A DNA stretch of 52,679 nt from Betaproteobacteria bacterium RIFCSPLOWO2_12_FULL_62_13. GTDB taxonomy: Bacteria; Pseudomonadota; Gammaproteobacteria; Burkholderiales; SG8-41. The position numbers and the translations under genes were made by a program. A model generated the notes under the pieces. That model searched no databases. It had not been told where the DNA came from and saw only the letters and a program-made list of their open reading frames with translations. Position 1 is the first letter of the stretch. Every line of letters starts with the position of its first letter. The stretch is taken from NCBI GenBank assembly GCA_001771985.1, contig MERG01000418.1:1-52679 (forward strand). Direction: 5' to 3'. Of this stretch, positions 47,499 to 52,679 are shown in pieces.

Positions 47499-47797
47499 GT
47501 GCGCACGCGCGTGCGCTTCTTCGCCCCCCGGAGCGGCTCTCCGAACACCTCTTCAAAAGAAAGTCCCTTACCGCCTCTCGCAAAGTACCGTTCGCTGTCG
47601 CGGATCTGCCTCATCAGCCGCTGATCGCTCAGGACATCCAGCGTTTCCTTGAGGCGCTCATACTCGTCGTAAGCCACCAGCACGGCGGCAGGCTTGCCGT
47701 TGCGCGTGACGACGACCTCTTCTTCGCGTTCCACGACGCCGGTTACCAGTTCCGGCAACCGTGCTTTCACCTCCGAGATCGGCAAGGTCTTCGCCAT
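47495..47797 (-). CDS. Phd/YefM-family type II antitoxin
   Basis: MAKTLPISEVKARLPELV..EEEVVVTRNGKPAAVLVAYDEYERLKETLD is the canonical Phd/YefM fold sequence. Confidence 0.85.
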   Translation of the reverse strand: MAKTLPISEVKARLPELVTGVVEREEEVVVTRNGKPAAVLVAYDEYERLKETLDVLSDQRLMRQIRDSERYFARGGKGLSFEEVFGEPLRGAKKRTRVRT

Positions 47798-47828
47798 GAT
47801 TGCAATCCACCGTGTGAACGAATTGATG

Positions 47829-47844
47829 GACCAGAATTCTGGTC
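47829..47844. promoter_or_regulatory. Perfect 16-bp palindrome upstream of phd, candidate TA operator
   Basis: GACCAGAATTCTGGTC lies 32-47 nt upstream of the antitoxin ATG. Confidence 0.45.
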
Positions 47845-47944
47845 TATGCGCATTTTATGGCCGTTGTTCTTCGGCGGTCAACGCCGCCCGAGGCACGCGG
47901 CGCACAAGAGCCCGTTGTCCACGTTCCGGCAGGCGAACGCCCTA

Positions 47945-48934
47945 TCATTTGACGACCAGACCGACTTCCTTGACCAACTTCGCCCAGCGTTCGGTTTCGG
48001 ACTCGACGAACGCGGTGAAGGCTTCCGGCGATTTGCTGGCAACTACGTCCGCCCCAACGTTGGCCACGCGCTTTTTGACGTCCGCGCGCTCCAGCACGTT
48101 GATAGTCGCGCCGTAGAATTTGGCCACGATCGGTCGCGGCGTGCCTTTCGGGAAAAACAGGCCCTGCCACGTGCCGGTAGTCATGCTGGGGAAGCCTGAT
48201 TCCGCCAGAGTCGGTACATCCGGGAACTCCGCCTGGCGCTTGGGCGCGATGACGGCGAGTATCTTGAGCCTGCCTGACTTGACGTGGGTCATCGAGGCCG
48301 AAAGCGTCGAGAACGTAAGCTGAACCTCACTGGCGAGCACGGCGAGCGTCGAAGGCGCGCCACCCTTGAAAGGAATATGCACCAGGTCGATGCCCGCGGC
48401 GCGCATGAAGAATTCCATCTGGAGCTGGTTGACGCTACCGGTGCCGGAGGAACCATAGTTGAGCTTGCCAGGCCGGGCCTTGGCGTAGTTGATCAGTTCT
48501 TTTACCGAATTGACGGGTAGCGTGGGATTAATAGTCAGCGACCCGGGCACATCCGCCACCTGGGTTACCCCGATGAAGTCGCGCGTTGGCTTGAGCGGGG
48601 ACCTGAGGTAGACGCTCGGATTGATCGACATGACCCCGACGCTGCCAAAGAGGAAGGTGTGGCCATCGGCAACAGCGCTTGCGGCGATCTGCGCACCAAC
48701 ATTGCCGTCCGCGCCAGCGCGATTGTCCACCACAATCTGCTGGCCGAGCTCTTCGCTCAATCGGGACGAGATGATGCGGCCGATGATATCCGAAGCGCCG
48801 CCGGGAGAGAACGGGACGACCATACGTAGCGGACGCGTCGGATAGTTGGCAGTAGCCTGGGCTGCTGCGGCCGCGCCCGCTCCCATCAAGACGCAGGCGG
48901 TAAAAAGTACGATTCCATAGCCGGTATGCTTCAC
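47945..48934 (-). CDS. Bug/TctC-family substrate-binding protein
   Basis: YPTRPLRMVVPFSPGGASD follows a signal peptide. I chose GTG 48934 (preceded by AGGAGC) to avoid overlap with the next gene. 329 aa. Confidence 0.85.
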   Translation of the reverse strand: MKHTGYGIVLFTACVLMGAGAAAAAQATANYPTRPLRMVVPFSPGGASDIIGRIISSRLSEELGQQIVVDNRAGADGNVGAQIAASAVADGHTFLFGSVGVMSINPSVYLRSPLKPTRDFIGVTQVADVPGSLTINPTLPVNSVKELINYAKARPGKLNYGSSGTGSVNQLQMEFFMRAAGIDLVHIPFKGGAPSTLAVLASEVQLTFSTLSASMTHVKSGRLKILAVIAPKRQAEFPDVPTLAESGFPSMTTGTWQGLFFPKGTPRPIVAKFYGATINVLERADVKKRVANVGADVVASKSPEAFTAFVESETERWAKLVKEVGLVVK

Positions 48935-48953
48935 GTCTCTGCTCCTATTGTTA

Positions 48954-49871
48954 TCAGTTTTCTTTTTTTCCCTGAGTATGAGCCTGAGTCTGTTCTTCGT
49001 GGATTCGCCTGAGGGCGTGGAGCCCTTCAAAAACGACGCCGGAGCCGCCTCCAGTGAAGCCAACCTCGAAGGCTTCAAGGAGCTGCGCCATGGTCGCTCC
49101 CAGGTTGAGTGCTTTCTTGGTGTGTAGATAGACCTCCTCGCTTCGCCCTTGAAAAGCGAGAATCAACAGCATGGCCATTTCCCTTCGAATAGGGTCCAAA
49201 AAGCATTGCTTTTCTTCAAAGACCCCCCAGGCTAACCTGGCATAGCCCTCGACGAAGTCGGGATCCAGCTTCGCGGCGAAGGCCAGATCGTTCCTCACCC
49301 GCTCTCCGCCTTCCTCGTCGGGGTAGTACTTTTCAAGCATACGGCTGATCTTTTCTTCTCGCGTCCCGGAAGCGTTCCCGACGTCCCCTTTCCCCTCCTT
49401 CTTCGTACCGGGCTTGTATGGCCCCAACTGAACCCACTTGCCGGTCCAAGGGCTGTCCTGACAGCCAGGTTTGATCCCCTCATCCCACATGCGCTTGAGC
49501 GCTTGCATGCCATTGATGAGCACCGGTCCGCCTCCAGCAATGTGGCCCGCCTCGTAAGCCTCCAACATCTGCTCGTAGGTGGCGCCCATCATGACCCCTT
49601 TCTTGCCTTGGTGGTAACAGCCCGGCCTATCCCTGAAGGCGAGAAGGACAGAAATCAGCATATTTCTTGTCATGTGGTCCAAGTGACGTGGCTTATCCTT
49701 GAAAAACCCCCAGCCCATGGTCAGACGCACGTCAAAGTAATCGGGATCCAATTCGAAACCGAAATGATTCACACTGTAGTGCTTGGTGATTGAATCAGGA
49801 TCCATGTTCCGATCACGTACGTGTTTCTCGATAAGACGGGCAACCTTCTGTTCACGTGTCTCGTCAGCCAT
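48954..49871 (-). CDS. Tandem carboxymuconolactone decarboxylase (CMD/AhpD-like) domain protein
   Basis: The two halves are visibly paralogous (REQKVARLIEKH...GMQALKRMWDEG against REEKISRMLEKYY...GLHALRRIHEE). AAGGAGA ribosome-binding site. Confidence 0.75.
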   Translation of the reverse strand: MADETREQKVARLIEKHVRDRNMDPDSITKHYSVNHFGFELDPDYFDVRLTMGWGFFKDKPRHLDHMTRNMLISVLLAFRDRPGCYHQGKKGVMMGATYEQMLEAYEAGHIAGGGPVLINGMQALKRMWDEGIKPGCQDSPWTGKWVQLGPYKPGTKKEGKGDVGNASGTREEKISRMLEKYYPDEEGGERVRNDLAFAAKLDPDFVEGYARLAWGVFEEKQCFLDPIRREMAMLLILAFQGRSEEVYLHTKKALNLGATMAQLLEAFEVGFTGGGSGVVFEGLHALRRIHEEQTQAHTQGKKEN

Positions 49872-50268
49872 CCGTTATCTCCTTGGGGTCGGTTTTCCTT
49901 GTTGCATGGTTAGCACATGCCACGGCGACTGCAAGTAGCAATGCCGCAAGCATTCAAATTTTGGGTGGGGCCGTTTAACGCTGGCATAAAGCTTGGATAC
50001 TGTCAACGGCCCATTGGAATAGCACTGCTGTTTTGCGAGCAAGCCTTTCGCTACTGCGGCTGCTATTCCAACGGGGTCCGAGGTGAATGGGCCGCATTAC
50101 AGCAGCGCAAAGCGATGGTGCGCCGGATTGATTTTCTTATCGCTGAGCCATCGCGGTAGATACGGTTTACTTTTTGACACCGAACAGGATTGAGTTGAGG
50201 GCCAGCGCGCTGATACTATTGTTGGCGCTGGCCCATACGCCTAATGACCACCGCGAGGAGGATAAATC

Positions 50269-51234
50269 ATGTGGCATCTTGTCAAACTGCTGGGCGCCGT
50301 TTTTTTCGGTGCTGTGGCAACGGCTGTCGCAAGCCAGAACTATCCGACCAAACCCATCCGTATGATTGTGCCGTTCGTTGCCGGCGGTTCCTACGACGCC
50401 ATCGCTCGCCTCGTCGCACAGCCGATGAGCGAAGAATGGAAGCAGCAGATTGTGGTCGACAACCGCCCCGGTGCGACCGGCATCATCGGTACCGAGCTAG
50501 CCGCACGAGCGGCGCCGGACGGTTACACCATTGCGATGTTCGGCGGCAATCAGACCCTCAATCCCGTGGTGCGTAGCAAGCTGCCGTACGACATGCTGAG
50601 AGACTTTGCGCCTATTACGCGCATCGCACTGTTGGGCAACGTTATCACCGTTCACCCCTCGGTTCCCGCGAAAAGCCTCAAGGAGTTCGTCGCGCTGCTC
50701 AAGGCCAACCCGGGCAAATATCATTATGGCTCAGGCGGTATCGCTGGCGCTACGCACTTCGCGAGCCTGCAGTTCACTTTGATGACAGGTGTAAACGTCG
50801 TGCACGTCCCGTACAAGGGCGGCGGGCTGTCGGTGACCGGGCTACTCGCTAATGAAGTGCAAATGATGATGGTGAATATTCTCTCAGCCAAGCCCCAGAT
50901 CAAGGCTGGTAGGCTGCGCGGGCTGGCTGTGGCGGCGAAAAAGCGTTCGGCGGCACTACCCGACATTCCCACTACTGCGGAAGCTGGCCTCCCCGGCTAC
51001 GAATATATTCAATGGTACGGGATCTTCGCGCCGGCAGGCACACCCAAACCGGTGCTCGCCAAGCTGCACGCCGAGATCAGCCGCGTCGTGTCGCTGCCAG
51101 ATATCAAGACTAAGCTGGCCACTCAAGGTGTAGAGCCGATGCTCGAAACACCCCAAGACCTTGCAGCGTTCGTCAAGCAGGACATCGAAACAAACCGCAA
51201 AATCGCGAAAGCCACCGGCATTCAGGCGGAATAG
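50269..51234 (+). CDS. Bug/TctC-family substrate-binding protein
   Basis: YPTKPIRMIVPFVAGGSYD follows a signal peptide. GAGGAGG ribosome-binding site. 321 aa. Confidence 0.9.
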   Translation: MWHLVKLLGAVFFGAVATAVASQNYPTKPIRMIVPFVAGGSYDAIARLVAQPMSEEWKQQIVVDNRPGATGIIGTELAARAAPDGYTIAMFGGNQTLNPVVRSKLPYDMLRDFAPITRIALLGNVITVHPSVPAKSLKEFVALLKANPGKYHYGSGGIAGATHFASLQFTLMTGVNVVHVPYKGGGLSVTGLLANEVQMMMVNILSAKPQIKAGRLRGLAVAAKKRSAALPDIPTTAEAGLPGYEYIQWYGIFAPAGTPKPVLAKLHAEISRVVSLPDIKTKLATQGVEPMLETPQDLAAFVKQDIETNRKIAKATGIQAE

Positions 51235-51272
51235 GTAGCAGCAGAGCTATTCCCCATGTCATTGGAGGAACC

Positions 51273-52193
51273 TTAGACGCGAGCAGATCGTAAAGAGAGC
51301 CCGAGCATCTTCCGGGCTTCGTCGGGTGATGCTATCTCACGCCCCAACTGGCGGGCAATGTTAGCGATTCGCTCCACCATTTGCGCGTTGCTCTCGGCTG
51401 GGACGCCGTCCCAGTAAAACGGATTGTCTTCCATGCCGACACGAACGTGGCCGCCCATCGCTATTGCGTAGGCAGCCATAGCGAGTTGATCCTTGGTAGT
51501 AGCGCGGCCCTTCACGCCGCACCAGACGGCTACTTGCCACATAGCACCTTGGGGCATGAGCTTCAAACGCGCGAGCAATTCGTCAATATTAGCTGGACCC
51601 GACATTCCGCCCCTGCCCGCGAAAAAACAGGTGAGCCAGTATGGCTTGTCAACGAGTCCCCTGTCTTCCAGCCACTGGAGATTGAAAAAGGAGCCACTGT
51701 TCCAGACCTCGAACGCGGGCTTAACGCCCTTCTCACAGCACAAGCGCATGTCCCTCTCGAACTCTTCCCGCGTGCCGTGGATGTATATATGCCGTTGAAC
51801 GCGGACAAAGTCCAATGCGTTGAGCGAAAAAGCGATCATCTCAGGCTTTTCAATTCCCAGATCAAACGTCTGTTGCGTTTGTCCAGGGGGACGAGCCCTT
51901 GAAGTGAGTTGGCGAGGGAAATAGGGGCGTCCATCCTGTCCATGTTCGTAAATAATATCGGCGCCTTGTCGAATGAGTTCAGCAACCTCTAGCCAACCCC
52001 CCACACCGGTTGAGTGGGGAGGTGCTCCCTCCTTGGAGTGAGGCTCATGTACGTGCGCCACGGAAGCCCCGGCATCGCGCGCCTGGCGCACAGAATCAGC
52101 GATTTCCTTGGCCGTCTTTGGAACGCGCAACCCCTCCACACCTTCATAGCCCTCTTCCCAGGCTGTAGCGCAGGTGATGATCAGCTTGTCCAT
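51273..52193 (-). CDS. BKACE-family (3-keto-5-aminohexanoate cleavage, DUF849) enzyme
   Basis: MDKLIITCA...PKTAKEIADSVRQARDAGASVAHVH matches the BKACE N-terminal pattern as I recall it. 306 aa. AGGAGAGG ribosome-binding site. Confidence 0.8.
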   Translation of the reverse strand: MDKLIITCATAWEEGYEGVEGLRVPKTAKEIADSVRQARDAGASVAHVHEPHSKEGAPPHSTGVGGWLEVAELIRQGADIIYEHGQDGRPYFPRQLTSRARPPGQTQQTFDLGIEKPEMIAFSLNALDFVRVQRHIYIHGTREEFERDMRLCCEKGVKPAFEVWNSGSFFNLQWLEDRGLVDKPYWLTCFFAGRGGMSGPANIDELLARLKLMPQGAMWQVAVWCGVKGRATTKDQLAMAAYAIAMGGHVRVGMEDNPFYWDGVPAESNAQMVERIANIARQLGREIASPDEARKMLGLSLRSARV

Positions 52194-52292
52194 TCAGAGC
52201 CTCTCCTGTGTAATTATGTCTCAGCGACCCAACGCAATGCGGCTTGAGTCTAGTTGCGCCTCATAGGCTCCGTCAAGAAACTGAAACCGTGA

Positions 52293-52500
52293 TACGAACA
52301 GCTCGGCAGCCGATGCCCGCGCAAATGCGCCGGAATAGCCGATCCTCTCGAATGGCCCCGCTGCAAGGGACCGATGCGCGTCATCGCCCTGTTCGAGGAG
52401 CCCGATGTCGTGCGACGCATTCTCAAGCACTTGGGGCTCTGGGCGCCCAAGCCTTGCCCGCCTACGCGAGCCTGTCGCCCACTTACCATCCTGTGCCGGA
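52293..52500 (+). pseudogene. Short fragment resembling the C-terminal block of an IS91-family (HUH/Y2) transposase
   Basis: The frame-3 translation is CPRKCAGIADPLEWPRCKGPMRVIALFEEPDVVRRILKHLGLWAPKPCPP. I associate the C..C-MR(V/I)IA-I-EP-VI-(K/R)IL-HLGL pattern with that family. Only about 70 codons remain, with no start codon. This is recall-based. Confidence 0.35.
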
Positions 52501-52679
52501 CATCGCCTGAGCGCGCTGGCGCGCCGGAGCTTGACCCGGCGCGCCCGGCGAGATCACGTCTTGCCATAACGCCCGCCCGTGCACGTCGCGGCCCGCGTGC
52601 AGGCGATCGAGCGCCCAGATCGCGCCGGCGGCCCCAAAATAGAGAGTCGTGACGCCGTCCGCCACGCCGTCGTCCAGAG

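Noticed and set aside
49917-50159. An 80-codon ORF in the CMD/TctC divergent region
   Set aside because: It has no ribosome-binding site and odd Cys/Phe-rich composition. It overlaps the inverted repeats that look regulatory.
52221-52430. A 69-codon minus-strand ORF
   Set aside because: It is antisense to the transposase-like fragment and has no recognisable features.
52483-52679. A minus-strand ORF open to the window end (..LDDGVADGVTTLYFGAAGAIWALDRLHAG..)
   Set aside because: Only about 65 codons are visible. Its 3' part overlaps the transposase-like fragment and looks non-coding. There is faint LanC-like flavour, but not enough to call a gene or product.

Overview
High-GC chromosomal segment. 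My spot counts of single 60-nt lines give 63-75% G+C over most of the window. Gene order and three Bug/TctC-type receptors suggest a betaproteobacterium (inference). Housekeeping blocks: pilU-pilT divergent from yggS-proC-yggT-yggU; a PLD-family protein; rng-maf-rlmH-rsfS-nadD; aceE-aceF. Accessory and catabolic content follows: an internally deleted crotonase, a decayed SNF2 helicase with an intact SWIM partner, a Uma2 nuclease, an SDR, an acyl-CoA ligase remnant, a prpC-type citrate synthase and a Crp/Fnr regulator. Next comes an MBL-phaC-tctC-icmF operon divergent from a leucine cluster (liuR, ivd, thiolase, DsbA-like isomerase, macro domain, liuB, liuE with an in-frame TAG). After that: a GDSL esterase, vapBC, a bacterial cereblon (CULT) gene between two PYROXD2/CrtI-like flavoenzyme paralogues, relE/phd, and a lower-GC cassette (tandem-CMD protein, TctC, BKACE) ending at a transposase scrap. 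I saw no tRNA, rRNA or CRISPR. The most unusual signals are non-coding. (1) At least ten intergenic gaps hold tandem 7- or 8-nt arrays arranged as complementary arms, with a different unit at each locus and mismatches that favour G-U pairing on the transcribed strand. (2) A 270-nt nested palindrome splits aceE from aceF. (3) A two-hairpin REP-like element sits in frame inside icmF. (4) An 18-nt box lies 5-6 nt upstream of two start codons flanking liuR. The best coding candidate for an undescribed module is the cereblon/flavoenzyme trio bracketed by toxin-antitoxin pairs. All family assignments come from motif recognition by eye, with no database search.
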